45,144 nt of DNA from Gemmatimonadales bacterium. Its GTDB lineage: Bacteria > Gemmatimonadota > Gemmatimonadetes > Gemmatimonadales > GWC2-71-9. Under the pieces are notes generated by a model. That model did not search any database. It saw only the letters and a list, made by a program, of their open reading frames with translations, and was not told the origin of the DNA. This document shows, one piece after another, positions 36,283 through 45,144 of this stretch (position 1 is the stretch's first letter; every line of letters begins with the position of its first letter). The position numbers and the translations under genes were made by a program. The stretch spans positions 1-45,144 of the forward strand of contig JABFSM010000046.1 in assembly GCA_013140635.1 (NCBI GenBank), in the 5' to 3' direction.

Positions 36283-36785
36283 AGCGCGGCGCCGCTCTCC
36301 ACTTTGGCGCCGGACTTGTGCGCGCCCTTCTCGTCCCAGCCGAACTCCACCTGGCCGCGCATCCGCGAGCCGGCGGCCACGGTCAGCGAGCCGGCCTTCA
36401 GGTCGCCGTTGAGGACGCCCGATTCGAGCAGCTCGACCCGCGTGGCGCCGTCGACGTTCCCTTCCAGCTCGCCGCCGATGATGACCGTGTTGGCCCGGAC
36501 GCCGCCGGTCAGCTTCGCGCCGGTCTCGATCGTAAGGTTGCCTTGGACATGGACATCGCCCTTGAAGCGGCCGGCGATGCGCACGTGACCCGCGCCCTCG
36601 ATCTTCCCCTCGATGGTGATCTCGGCGGCAATGAGCGATTCCTTCGGTTCCCGGTCCGCCGGCTTGCTGCGAGGAAGGTCATAGGCCGAAGAAGGCAAGT
36701 CGCTACGCGCGTCGGTTCGTATCGGGTCCGGTGACATCGGGGCCGGTTCTTTCTTGGCGGGGGTCTGTTCCTTCCAGATGGCCAT
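36279..36785 (-). CDS. Bactofilin (polymer-forming cytoskeletal protein)
   Basis: SLIAAEITIEGKIEGAGHVRIAGRFKGDV..LTIETGAKLTGGV..IGGELEGNV..LNGDL beta-helix pattern. Confidence 0.9.
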   Translation of the reverse strand: MAIWKEQTPAKKEPAPMSPDPIRTDARSDLPSSAYDLPRSKPADREPKESLIAAEITIEGKIEGAGHVRIAGRFKGDVHVQGNLTIETGAKLTGGVRANTVIIGGELEGNVDGATRVELLESGVLNGDLKAGSLTVAAGSRMRGQVEFGWDEKGAHKSGAKVESGAAL

Positions 36786-36984
36786 GATTCGAGCTTCCTG
36801 TGGTGGTGAGGTCGTTCCGGGGCTCTGACATTCGAAGATACCCCGATTTTGGGCCCTTGGCGCGGGGCACCAAGGGCCAAGGCTACTGGCTAACAATCGG
36901 GCAGTCGTGCGTCTGCGGATGCCTTCAAATTCTTGGTGACGACCGCTCCGGTCTCAACGACACAACTGTCAGATAACGAGACAT

Positions 36985-37827
36985 TCAACGGCCGCCCCGT
37001 TTCCGGCACACCATGAGCTCGGTGCTCGGGCTCTCCCGTTTGGCGCGGACCAGGCCGCGTTCGAACGGATAGAGGAGGGCGCCTAACGCCCATCCGATCG
37101 GTTCGGCCAGCGCCGCCGGGGCGACCATCGCGGTCCAGGCGGCGCGGGTCAGACGGGAGGTGGTATCGGCGGGGTAATTCATCAACACGAACATCGGAAC
37201 CCGGTCCATCACCTCGAACCCCGCCGCTTCCACGCACCGCGTGCTTTCGGCGAGCGTGCGGCTGACCTGGTGGGTGACCCGTTCCGTCGGGTGACGGAGA
37301 AAATTGTCCGACCAGATGAACCAGCCGCCCGGCTTGAGCAGGGCGGCGATGTTCAGGAAGGCGCGGGCGTATTCTGCATCGTCCACGATGTGAAAGAGAA
37401 CGTCGAACGCCGACACCGCGTCAAAGGAGGTCGGCGCCAGCGGCACCATGTCGAGCGGCTTGCCGATGTCGGCTCGGACAAACTGTCCGGCGGGGAAGCA
37501 GCGGGTCAGCTCCGCCACCGCCACATCCGTGAGGTCGAGGCCGGTGACGTGGGCGCCGAGCCGCTGCCAACGGTCCACGTAGAATCCCGTGCCGGCGCCA
37601 ACGTCAAGGACCGATCTGCCCGCCCACTCAGCCGCCTCCCTCTTCCCGCTTCCCTCTTCTCTCAGCGCCCCAACGACGCGATCGAACACATCCCCCCGCA
37701 CCCGGTACATCCACTCGTTGAACCGCCGGCCCAGACGCAGATACCCGACCCCCGCGAGCGAATAGTGCTCGCGGAGGCGCCGTTCCCAGTATGCTCGATT
37801 GTCGAAGGAAGTGCGGGGTGCCGTCAC
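36985..37827 (-). CDS. Class I SAM-dependent methyltransferase
   Basis: VLDVGAGTG, GLDLT, FDAVSAFDVLFH, LLKPGG. GTGA overlap with the kinase. Confidence 0.88.
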   Translation of the reverse strand: MTAPRTSFDNRAYWERRLREHYSLAGVGYLRLGRRFNEWMYRVRGDVFDRVVGALREEGSGKREAAEWAGRSVLDVGAGTGFYVDRWQRLGAHVTGLDLTDVAVAELTRCFPAGQFVRADIGKPLDMVPLAPTSFDAVSAFDVLFHIVDDAEYARAFLNIAALLKPGGWFIWSDNFLRHPTERVTHQVSRTLAESTRCVEAAGFEVMDRVPMFVLMNYPADTTSRLTRAAWTAMVAPAALAEPIGWALGALLYPFERGLVRAKRESPSTELMVCRKRGGR

Positions 37828-39734
37828 CCCATCGCCTCGCGCACTTCGCTCGCGGCGGCGGTGAGGTTCTCGACATCGCGCGAAATGGCGCGTGCCTGCT
37901 GGGTGGCGCTGGTCACGTCGTTCAGGGCGCCGATCCCGCCGGTCCGGAGCTTGATCAGGTCGAGGCGGAGGTTTCGCATGGCGAGCTCACTCGACTCGAA
38001 CCGCTGCAGGAAGGCGTTCCGGCGCCCCGCGATGTCCTCGGCCGTCTTGACCTGCCGCTCGAGAATCCCGATCTGCCGGTCGCGCTCCTCGCTCGGCTCC
38101 CGCAAGGCGAGCGCGTCGAGCTGGAGCCGAATCCGGTCGTGAGCCCCCTTGCCGAAGCTCTGATCCATTTCGTTGAGCGTGCGGGCCAGGTCGGAAGCGC
38201 GCTCGTAGAGCGCTTCCGCGGTGTCGACGACCTCGGGAAGCTGCTTCCGGTCGGCATCCGGCAACTGCTGCATCATTCGGAGGATGTTCTTCCGGTCGTC
38301 GTGAATGTGATTCATCCGATCGAGGTATCCGCCGAATTCCGCCACCTTGGGTGCGGCGACGAGTTTGCGCCCCTTGGCGCCGGGAATCTTGATCGCGTCG
38401 GCGGCGGGAGGAGGATTGAGCACGTCGCGCCAGCTGTATCCCGCCTGCCAGAGCTGGGAATAGCTCTTGAGCAGCGGGAAACCGAAGCCGGCCGCCACGA
38501 AGAGAAACCATGGTCCATCGGTGATGCCGGTGGCCAGGTTGAGCAGAAAGCAGCCGCCGGTTGCCGCGGCCCACTTCGCGAACTGTCCGCGGACCTTTTG
38601 GACCAGAGGTGGCTCACCGGTGTCGTGTATCGGCAGATCGCCGTCGCCGGTGCGCACCCATTCGCCCCGCTCGTTCCGAATCCACTGGCCATTGCCGAGG
38701 CTCGCGGCGGCGCGTCCCGCCGGGGGGCGCGGGCTTCGGGGCGCGAGCGGTCCTCCCGAGGGCAGCGGTCCACGCTGGCGCTCGAGTGACGGCCTGGGGC
38801 GCGTGCCCGACCCACCGGTGCGTTGGGCGGCGCGGGAGCTGGTCTGCGTGGGGCGATAGCCGGTGACGGTGCGGCTCTCCAGCGATCGGCGAAGCGCATC
38901 GGCGGTGGGCCAGCGGCTCTCCGGATCTTTCTCCAGGCACCGCGCGATCGCGAGTGAGAGATCTTCGGGAACGCCATCCCGGGTTTCGTGCAGCACCGGC
39001 GCCGGCTCCGTGATCTGCTTCATCAGGATGCCGGCGACGGTCGGCGCGTTGAACGGCAGCTCGCCGCTGGTCATCTGGTAGGAGACCACGCCGAGAGAAT
39101 AGAGGTCGGAGCGGCCGTCGATCTCTCGTTCCCCCGCCGCCTGCTCGGGGCTCATGTACTGCGGCGTCCCAATAGCGATCCCGACCCCGGTGAGCGTTGC
39201 CGCCGAAACCTGCGAGACCGCTTTGGCGATACCGAAGTCCGTCACCATCACCCGCCCACGGGTACCCTCGAGGAGGATGTTGTCCGGTTTGATGTCGCGA
39301 TGGATGATCGAGAGGGCGTGGGCGGCGCTCAGCGCGTCGGCGGTCTCCTTCATGATCCGGCGCACTTCATCCGCCGGGAGCTTGCCGCGGCGTTTGAGGC
39401 GGGCGCCGAGCGACTCCCCCTCCACCAGGCCCATGATGAAGTAGACGACCCCAGATCCTTCACCGACGTCGTGGATGGGGACGATATGGGGGTGCGAAAG
39501 GCGCGCCGCAGTCTGCGCCTCTCGGGTAAACCGCTCGCGGATTTCCTTCTGAAAGGCCAGCTCCGGTGGGAGCACCTTGACGGCGACGCGGCGATGAAGC
39601 CGCTCGTCGCGCGCGCGGTAGACGACACCCATTCCACCGCGGCCGATTTCGCCCTCAATGGTGTACTCATCGCCCAGCGCCTCTTTCAGGCGCTGCGCGA
39701 GGGGCCTTTCATGCGCCTCATTTGGGCTGGTCAT
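37824..39734 (-). CDS. Hanks-type Ser/Thr protein kinase with a 2-TM segment and helical C-terminus
   Basis: IGRGGMGVVY, VAVK, IHRDIKPDN, DFG, GTPQYMSPEQ, SDLYSLG. Start ATG 39734 is likely. Confidence 0.92.
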   Translation of the reverse strand: MTSPNEAHERPLAQRLKEALGDEYTIEGEIGRGGMGVVYRARDERLHRRVAVKVLPPELAFQKEIRERFTREAQTAARLSHPHIVPIHDVGEGSGVVYFIMGLVEGESLGARLKRRGKLPADEVRRIMKETADALSAAHALSIIHRDIKPDNILLEGTRGRVMVTDFGIAKAVSQVSAATLTGVGIAIGTPQYMSPEQAAGEREIDGRSDLYSLGVVSYQMTSGELPFNAPTVAGILMKQITEPAPVLHETRDGVPEDLSLAIARCLEKDPESRWPTADALRRSLESRTVTGYRPTQTSSRAAQRTGGSGTRPRPSLERQRGPLPSGGPLAPRSPRPPAGRAAASLGNGQWIRNERGEWVRTGDGDLPIHDTGEPPLVQKVRGQFAKWAAATGGCFLLNLATGITDGPWFLFVAAGFGFPLLKSYSQLWQAGYSWRDVLNPPPAADAIKIPGAKGRKLVAAPKVAEFGGYLDRMNHIHDDRKNILRMMQQLPDADRKQLPEVVDTAEALYERASDLARTLNEMDQSFGKGAHDRIRLQLDALALREPSEERDRQIGILERQVKTAEDIAGRRNAFLQRFESSELAMRNLRLDLIKLRTGGIGALNDVTSATQQARAISRDVENLTAAASEVREAMG

Positions 39735-39980
39735 CCGACCATGGGCTCTCGCGTCAGAAACGATGCTCGTACAACAGCTTACCAATTTGTCGGATTTCCG
39801 CCGCCGGGGCAACCTTGGCGGTCCTCGGCGTCGTCCTACGTTGCGGCACTAGATGACAGTTTCACCCGCAGGACAGCAGCCAACCAGGTGCCTGCCAAGG
39901 CGGCGCGGCGCGCCGAATTGGCATGAGTCCGCTCAAGGGGGCCGGTTAGCACGGCTTCCGGCTATTGCTCTAACTCCAAT

Positions 39981-40015
39981 AGCCGTTGGCTGATAGCTGA
40001 TAGCCGATAGCTGCT
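39981..40015 (+). repeat. Heptamer tandem repeat (AGCTGAT type) upstream of lon
   Basis: AGCCGTT GGCTGAT AGCTGAT AGCCGAT AGCTGCT. Confidence 0.7.
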
Positions 40016-40112
40016 TCACCATGGCACCCTCGATGCACCTACCCACTCGAATCCTCCGGCCCCGCCGCCGCTCTGGCGGCTTGGACACCCGAGGCGAATT
40101 GAGGTACGCCAA

Positions 40113-42584
40113 ATGAGCGAACGTTTGACTCTCCCCGTGCTCCCTCTGCGCGATGTCGTGCTCTTTCCCGGTGTCGCGACCTCCATCGGCGCCGGTCGCC
40201 CAGGAACGGTGCGCGCCATCGAAGCCGCGCTGGCCACCCCGGATCGGTTGGTATTCGCCGTTTGCCAGCGTGAAAACACGGAACAGATAACCAGCGAAGG
40301 GCTCTACACTATCGGGACCATCGCCAAGGTCGGCCAGCTGCAGCGCGGGCTCGCCGGGATGCAACTGCTCCTGCACGGGGAGCGCCGGGGCATCGTCATG
40401 CACGTCAGTGAAAAGAACGGCTATCTCGAAGCGATCGTTCGCGAGGCTGAAGAGATGCAGCCGCTCAACGCCGAAGACCCCGCGTTCGTCGGGCTCTACC
40501 GGGAAGTTCGGCTCCGCGCGGCGGAACTCGGACAAAAGTCCGGTCTGCCGGAGGAAGTGGTCCAGCAGGTTTTGAACGGTGTCAACGAGCCCGGTAGCTT
40601 CGCGGACCTCGTGGCGGGCTACATCGACATCCCGGCCCCGCAACGGCAGTCGCTTCTCGAGACCCTGTCGGTGGAAGAACGACTCCGCCGCGTGCTGGTC
40701 CACGTCCAGCGCCAGATCGCGGTGGTCGAAGCCCAGGAAGACATCAAGTCGCAGGTTCAGGAGGAGCTCGGCGAGCGGCAGCGCGAAATGTTTCTCCGCG
40801 AGCAGATGAAGCAGATCCGAAAGGAGCTCGGCGAAGAAGACGAGGCGGACGAGCTCGAGGAGCTCAAGAAGAAGCTCGAGTCGCTTCCTCTCTCGGCAGA
40901 GGCCCGGAAAGAAGTCGATCGCGAACTGGGGCGTCTGGCCCGGATCGGACGCGAGTCGATGGAAACCCAGGTCGTCCGGAACTACCTCGAGACGATCGCC
41001 GAGTTGCCCTGGGGCGAACGGAGCGCGGAACATCTCGACCTCAAGGTGGCCTCCGAAATCCTGGAGAACGATCACTACGCCTTGGGAGATGTGAAAGACC
41101 GGATTCTCGAATTCCTCGCGGTGCGGCAGTTGAAGCAAGCGGGGCGGACGGACGGTGGGGACAGTGAGGACAAGGGGGACGGTAACGCCCCTGCGGTGGA
41201 GCCATCTTCCGACCGTCCATCCGCCAAGGGCCCCATCCTTCTCTTCGTCGGTCCCCCGGGCGTCGGGAAGACCTCGGTCGCCAAATCGATCGCCCGTTCG
41301 ATGGGGCGGAAGTACGTGCGGATCTCGCTCGGCGGCGCGCGTGACGAGGCCGACATCCGCGGCCACCGGCGCACCTACGTCGGGGCGATGCCCGGCCGAA
41401 TCATCCAGGGCTTGAAGCAGGCCGGCACCAAGAATCCGGTCTTCCTCCTCGACGAGGTGGACAAGCTCGGCGTCTCCTTTCAGGGAGATCCCGCCTCCGC
41501 CTTGCTGGAGGTGCTCGACCCGGCGCAGAACGACAGCTTTACCGATCATTATCTCGGTGTGCCGTTCGACCTGAGCGAAGTGCTCTTCATCGCGACGGCC
41601 AACTTCCTTCAGAGCATCCCGGGGCCGCTCCTCGACCGGATGGAAGTGGTCGAGTTTTCCGGGTATACCGAGCCGGAAAAGCTGGAAATCGCCCGGCGAT
41701 ACCTCATTCCCCGTCAGCTCGAAGAGAATGGTCTGGCCGGGCGCGAGGTGGCGGTCTCCGACGAGGCGGTCAAAGAGGTGATTACCGGATACACCCGTGA
41801 ATCGGGAGTCCGGCAACTCGAGCGGGAGGTCGGCAAGGTGGCGCGCAAAGTGGCGCGCCGCATCGCCGCCGACGAGGCGAAGGTCATTACCGTCGATGCA
41901 CCGATGGTCAAGACGTTGCTCGGGCGGCCGAAGGTGCACCCGGAGAAGGCGGCTCGCGACGACGCGACCGGCGTGGCCACAGGGATGTACTACACCCCGA
42001 TGGGCGGCGACATCATGTTCGTCGAAGCATCGACCATGCGCGGGAAGGGTGAACTGGTCCTGACCGGGCAGCTCGGTGACATCATGAAAGAGAGCGCCCG
42101 GGCCGCGTGGACCTACGCGCGGTCCCACGCGGCGGCGCTCAGGATTCCCGATGAGATGTTCGACCGCGACGTGCACATCCATGTGCCGGCAGGCGCCATC
42201 CCGAAAGACGGCCCCTCAGCAGGCATTACCATGGCCACTGCGCTCATCTCGGCCCTGTCGGGGCGTCCGGCGCGGCACGACATCGCGATGACCGGTGAAC
42301 TCACGCTCCGCGGCCGAGTGCTTCCGATCGGTGGCCTCAAGGAGAAGATTCTCGGCGCCGAACGAGCCGGGATCACGCGGGTTGTGATTCCGAAAGACAA
42401 CGAGCCCGACCTCGAGGATCTACCGGAGCTGATTCGGAAGAAGGTTGAAGTATTTCCGGTCCAGGAACTCGGGGAAGTTCTGGCTCTTGCCCTCCGGGGC
42501 GCCTCGTACCGTGAGGGCCGACTTCTCTTCGGCGAGGAAAGCCCGAGGGACGTGCAGCCGCTGTCGATGGGCTACCGGCACTAG
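40113..42584 (+). CDS. lon: ATP-dependent Lon protease (endopeptidase La)
   Basis: [13 protein letters not shown], Walker [25 protein letters not shown] (catalytic Ser), IGGLKEK. Confidence 0.96.
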   Translation: MSERLTLPVLPLRDVVLFPGVATSIGAGRPGTVRAIEAALATPDRLVFAVCQRENTEQITSEGLYTIGTIAKVGQLQRGLAGMQLLLHGERRGIVMHVSEKNGYLEAIVREAEEMQPLNAEDPAFVGLYREVRLRAAELGQKSGLPEEVVQQVLNGVNEPGSFADLVAGYIDIPAPQRQSLLETLSVEERLRRVLVHVQRQIAVVEAQEDIKSQVQEELGERQREMFLREQMKQIRKELGEEDEADELEELKKKLESLPLSAEARKEVDRELGRLARIGRESMETQVVRNYLETIAELPWGERSAEHLDLKVASEILENDHYALGDVKDRILEFLAVRQLKQAGRTDGGDSEDKGDGNAPAVEPSSDRPSAKGPILLFVGPPGVGKTSVAKSIARSMGRKYVRISLGGARDEADIRGHRRTYVGAMPGRIIQGLKQAGTKNPVFLLDEVDKLGVSFQGDPASALLEVLDPAQNDSFTDHYLGVPFDLSEVLFIATANFLQSIPGPLLDRMEVVEFSGYTEPEKLEIARRYLIPRQLEENGLAGREVAVSDEAVKEVITGYTRESGVRQLEREVGKVARKVARRIAADEAKVITVDAPMVKTLLGRPKVHPEKAARDDATGVATGMYYTPMGGDIMFVEASTMRGKGELVLTGQLGDIMKESARAAWTYARSHAAALRIPDEMFDRDVHIHVPAGAIPKDGPSAGITMATALISALSGRPARHDIAMTGELTLRGRVLPIGGLKEKILGAERAGITRVVIPKDNEPDLEDLPELIRKKVEVFPVQELGEVLALALRGASYREGRLLFGEESPRDVQPLSMGYRH

Positions 42585-42620
42585 TGTACATTTCTCCCTT
42601 CTCCAATCCGGAGTCCCGGG

Positions 42621-44567
42621 GTGCTGTTCGCCGTACCTCCTGCCGTCCTGACCGCCTTGATGGCGGCGACCCACCCCGCTCCGGGGGCGACGTTCATCTC
42701 CGATACGATCTATTCGCTCGCGGTCGATTCCGCGAAGTATCCCCGCGAGTCGTTCGTCTACCTGCTCGATGATGGCGTGCTCCGGTTCGAGCCCGACGGC
42801 CGAGGCAGCCGCACCTATCGGCAGGTCGTGCAGGTGCTCAAGGAAGACGCGGTGGAGCGGTGGGCGGAGTTTTCATTCACCTTCGAGCCGCGCCATCAGA
42901 AGCTGACGGTCAATTGGGTCAAGGTCGTCACGCCGTCGGGTGAGGTGATCAGCGACCGGCCCGGCATCAGCCAAGACGCGGACGTTCCCGCCCCGATGGG
43001 CGACCCCGCCTACGTCGAGCAGAAAGTCCGCCGGCTGTCGCTCGCCAATGTCCGGCCGGGGACGATCGTCGACTACAGCTACACGCTGGAGGAACTGCAG
43101 CCGTTCCGTCCGGGAGATTTTTTCGCGCCATGGCGGGTCAATCCCGGCCTCCTGGTGCGGCGTTCCCGCCTGGTGCTCGATACTCCCGAGTCGCTCGTGC
43201 CCCGTGTGGTCGAACGGAACATCCCCTTCCGTCCGGTGATCGAACGTGCGAAAGGCCGCCGGGTCGTGACCTGGGCGGCCCAGGACGTCCAGAAGATCGA
43301 GCCGGAGGTCTATGCGGCCGATTCGAACGACGTGGACATGTCGATCAACATTTCCGGCCCGAGCGCCTGGAGCGAGATCGGGGCCTGGTACGCCGGCCTG
43401 GCCCGCGACCGCTACACCTATACCTCGGCGGTCGCGAAGAAGCTCGCGTCGGTCGTGGCGGGCGCCCGGACCTTCGACGATTCGCTCAAAGCGGTGCATC
43501 GTTATGTGGCAAAGGACGTGCGCTACGTCGCCATTTCCTTGGGGCTCGGCGGGTACCAGCCCCGCTCGGCCGACGAGGTGGTGGCCACCGGCTACGGCGA
43601 CTGCAAGGACAAGGCGACCCTCTTCATCACCATGGCCACGCGGCTCGGCCTCACCGTCTACCCCGTGCTCCTGTCGGCGGGGGGCCGGGTCGAGCGGGGC
43701 ATTCCGACCATCTCGCAGTTCAACCACGCCATTGCCGTGGTGGAGCGTCCCGGGTCGCGCCTCTTCGTCGACCTCACCGCATCGGATGTTCCGTACGGAA
43801 GTATTCCCGGACCCGACAAGGACCAGTTCGTGCTGATCGTCCATCCCGACGGCCGCACCGAGGAGACGTTTACGCCGGCCGACGATCCGGCGGAAGTGCG
43901 GAACCGGGTCACGGTCGACGCCCGCCTGGACACCGCCGGCTTCGCCACCGCGCGGGTGGTCATGGACATGTACGGCCCGGCGGCCAGCTCCTACCACGAG
44001 GCGTTCATCCGCACGCCGGTCGATTCGGCCACCCGGGCCCAGATTCTGCGACGGATGGCGAGCGGTGTATACCGCGAGGCGGAAGGCGATAGCCTGACGT
44101 TCAGCGACCGGACGGCACAGGGCGGACCGTTCCGGATCAGTTTCATCGCGCGGAACGGTCGCGCCGCGCAACTCGCCGGACCGGCGGCGATCCTCGCCGC
44201 GCCCTTCCTCAGCGAATCGATGGATGTGAAGCCGCTGGTCGAGGAGCTCAAGTCCCGGCCTCGGCGCTTTCATATCGACGCGGAACAGGTCTCGTCGGGG
44301 CTGAGCAGCGAGGCGGTGCTGCGGCTGACTCTCCCATCGGGATGGCGGGCGCAAACGCCGAAGGATGTGTCGCTGAACGGCCCGTTCGGGCAGCTGGCGA
44401 TGACCTACGCCCAGGAGGGCGACCGGTTGACCGTCACCCAGCGGCGAGTGGCGGCGCGCGGCGTGCTGCCGCCGAGTCGATTGGATGAACTGGTGCGATG
44501 GCTGGAGCAGGTGGCGGCGGCAACGCGCGATGCCGGCTCCGTGGTGGTGCTCAAGCCCCAGGGCTGA
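42621..44567 (+). CDS. DUF3857 and transglutaminase-like domain protein
   Basis: N-terminal DUF3857-like region (YLLDDG..VRPGTIVDYSY). Triad GDCKDKA, FNHAI, FVDLT. Confidence 0.85.
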   Translation: MLFAVPPAVLTALMAATHPAPGATFISDTIYSLAVDSAKYPRESFVYLLDDGVLRFEPDGRGSRTYRQVVQVLKEDAVERWAEFSFTFEPRHQKLTVNWVKVVTPSGEVISDRPGISQDADVPAPMGDPAYVEQKVRRLSLANVRPGTIVDYSYTLEELQPFRPGDFFAPWRVNPGLLVRRSRLVLDTPESLVPRVVERNIPFRPVIERAKGRRVVTWAAQDVQKIEPEVYAADSNDVDMSINISGPSAWSEIGAWYAGLARDRYTYTSAVAKKLASVVAGARTFDDSLKAVHRYVAKDVRYVAISLGLGGYQPRSADEVVATGYGDCKDKATLFITMATRLGLTVYPVLLSAGGRVERGIPTISQFNHAIAVVERPGSRLFVDLTASDVPYGSIPGPDKDQFVLIVHPDGRTEETFTPADDPAEVRNRVTVDARLDTAGFATARVVMDMYGPAASSYHEAFIRTPVDSATRAQILRRMASGVYREAEGDSLTFSDRTAQGGPFRISFIARNGRAAQLAGPAAILAAPFLSESMDVKPLVEELKSRPRRFHIDAEQVSSGLSSEAVLRLTLPSGWRAQTPKDVSLNGPFGQLAMTYAQEGDRLTVTQRRVAARGVLPPSRLDELVRWLEQVAAATRDAGSVVVLKPQG

Positions 44568-45144
44568 TGACCACGCGGTCGCGTCCCGTTTCCTTTGCCT
44601 GACGGAGGGCGCGTTCCGAGGCAAGCATGAGCTCCCGCATCCCGACGGAATGATCGGGGTACCCCGCCACGCCGGCGGAGAGCCGCACCGGGAGGGGGGT
44701 GCCGTCGACCACCGGCGGGTGCGCGGCCAGCGCCGCCCGAATCTGCTCGGCCACCGCGCGGGCATCGGTAGGCGCGCAGTGCCGGAAGAGAACCCCGAAC
44801 TCCTCCCCCCCCATCCGCACGATCAGGTCGCTGGCACGGACCCGCTCGCGAATGAGCCGGGCCAGATGCGCCAGCACCTGGTCGCCGGCCCGATACCCCA
44901 GCTGCTCGTTGACGCGGCGGAAGTGGTCGATATCCATGAGCAGAAACGAGATCCGCTCTCCCTCCCGCCGCGCGTACGCCAGCACCGATTCGAGCTCGTC
45001 GAGCAGGGTGGCGAGCGTCAGGAACCCCGAGAGCGGATCGCGCCGCACCGCTTCGTCGAGCCGCCGAGCCCGCGCGGCCCGGTGGCCAACCGAGGCAACG
45101 AGGCGCCCCTGCGCCAGCGGCCGCGGCACCACGTCGTCCGCGCC
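44551..45144 (-). CDS. Diguanylate cyclase (REC-GGDEF), 5'-truncated
   Basis: Frame open to the window end (GADDVVPRP resembles a receiver-domain tail). DIDHFRRVN, I-site RASD, GGEEF. Confidence 0.88.
   Translation of the reverse strand, partial: GADDVVPRPLAQGRLVASVGHRAARARRLDEAVRRDPLSGFLTLATLLDELESVLAYARREGERISFLLMDIDHFRRVNEQLGYRAGDQVLAHLARLIRERVRASDLIVRMGGEEFGVLFRHCAPTDARAVAEQIRAALAAHPPVVDGTPLPVRLSAGVAGYPDHSVGMRELMLASERALRQAKETGRDRVVISPGA

Noticed and set aside
36852-36878. Hairpin GGCCCTTGGCGC-GGG-GCACCAAGGGCC upstream of bactofilin
   Set aside because: A real inverted repeat, but there is no 3' U-tract on either strand and only one copy, so it cannot be called a terminator or operator.
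39860-39970. Possible CIRCE or sigma54 site between the kinase and lon (TTAGCAC, TTGGCATG)
   Set aside because: No second CIRCE half-site at N9. GG-to-GC spacing is 9 for TGGCATG. A minus-strand GG-N10-GC lacks the CAC core.
39933-42182. 749-aa antisense ORF over lon, and similar long shadow ORFs (42873-44765, 15648-17165, 18881-20116, 6665-8125)
   Set aside because: Expected in high-GC coding DNA. No recognisable motifs, and each fully overlaps a well-supported gene.
44551-44567. 17-nt convergent overlap of the DUF3857 and GGDEF genes
   Set aside because: Short tail-to-tail overlaps are ordinary in compact high-GC genomes.

Overview
High-GC bacterial chromosomal segment. The gene content (ADOP permeases with PadR partners, fused E1 alpha/beta, membrane Ser/Thr kinase, many exported beta-propellers and amidohydrolases) suggests Gemmatimonadota/Acidobacteriota; this is inference only. 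Two systems stand out. (1) Six ADOP-type duplicated orphan MacB/FtsX permeases in four loci, three led by a PadR gene, with no ABC ATPase in the window. Each PadR locus has its own pair of palindromic operator-like sites, and the palindrome variant tracks the PadR recognition helix. (2) A minus-strand cluster at 20582-28580 with two sigma54-type promoters, encoding two paralogous four-His membrane proteins (cytochrome b561-like pattern), a DUF6644-like membrane protein, two Tat-exported Rieske proteins (one a tandem-Rieske lipoprotein), a lipoprotein with six Ig/BACON-like repeats ending in a CX4CH cytochrome c, and an OmpR/CusRS-type two-component pair. This looks like an undescribed extracytoplasmic redox chain. 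Other genes: MazG-like protein, PfpI, 2-oxoacid dehydrogenase E1, M28 peptidase, bactofilin, methyltransferase, Ser/Thr kinase, Lon, DUF3857-transglutaminase and a partial GGDEF protein. Heptamer and palindromic repeats occur between genes and apparently in frame inside Lon and the methyltransferase. I saw no rRNA, tRNA, CRISPR array or transposase. All family calls come from motif recognition by eye, not from database searches.
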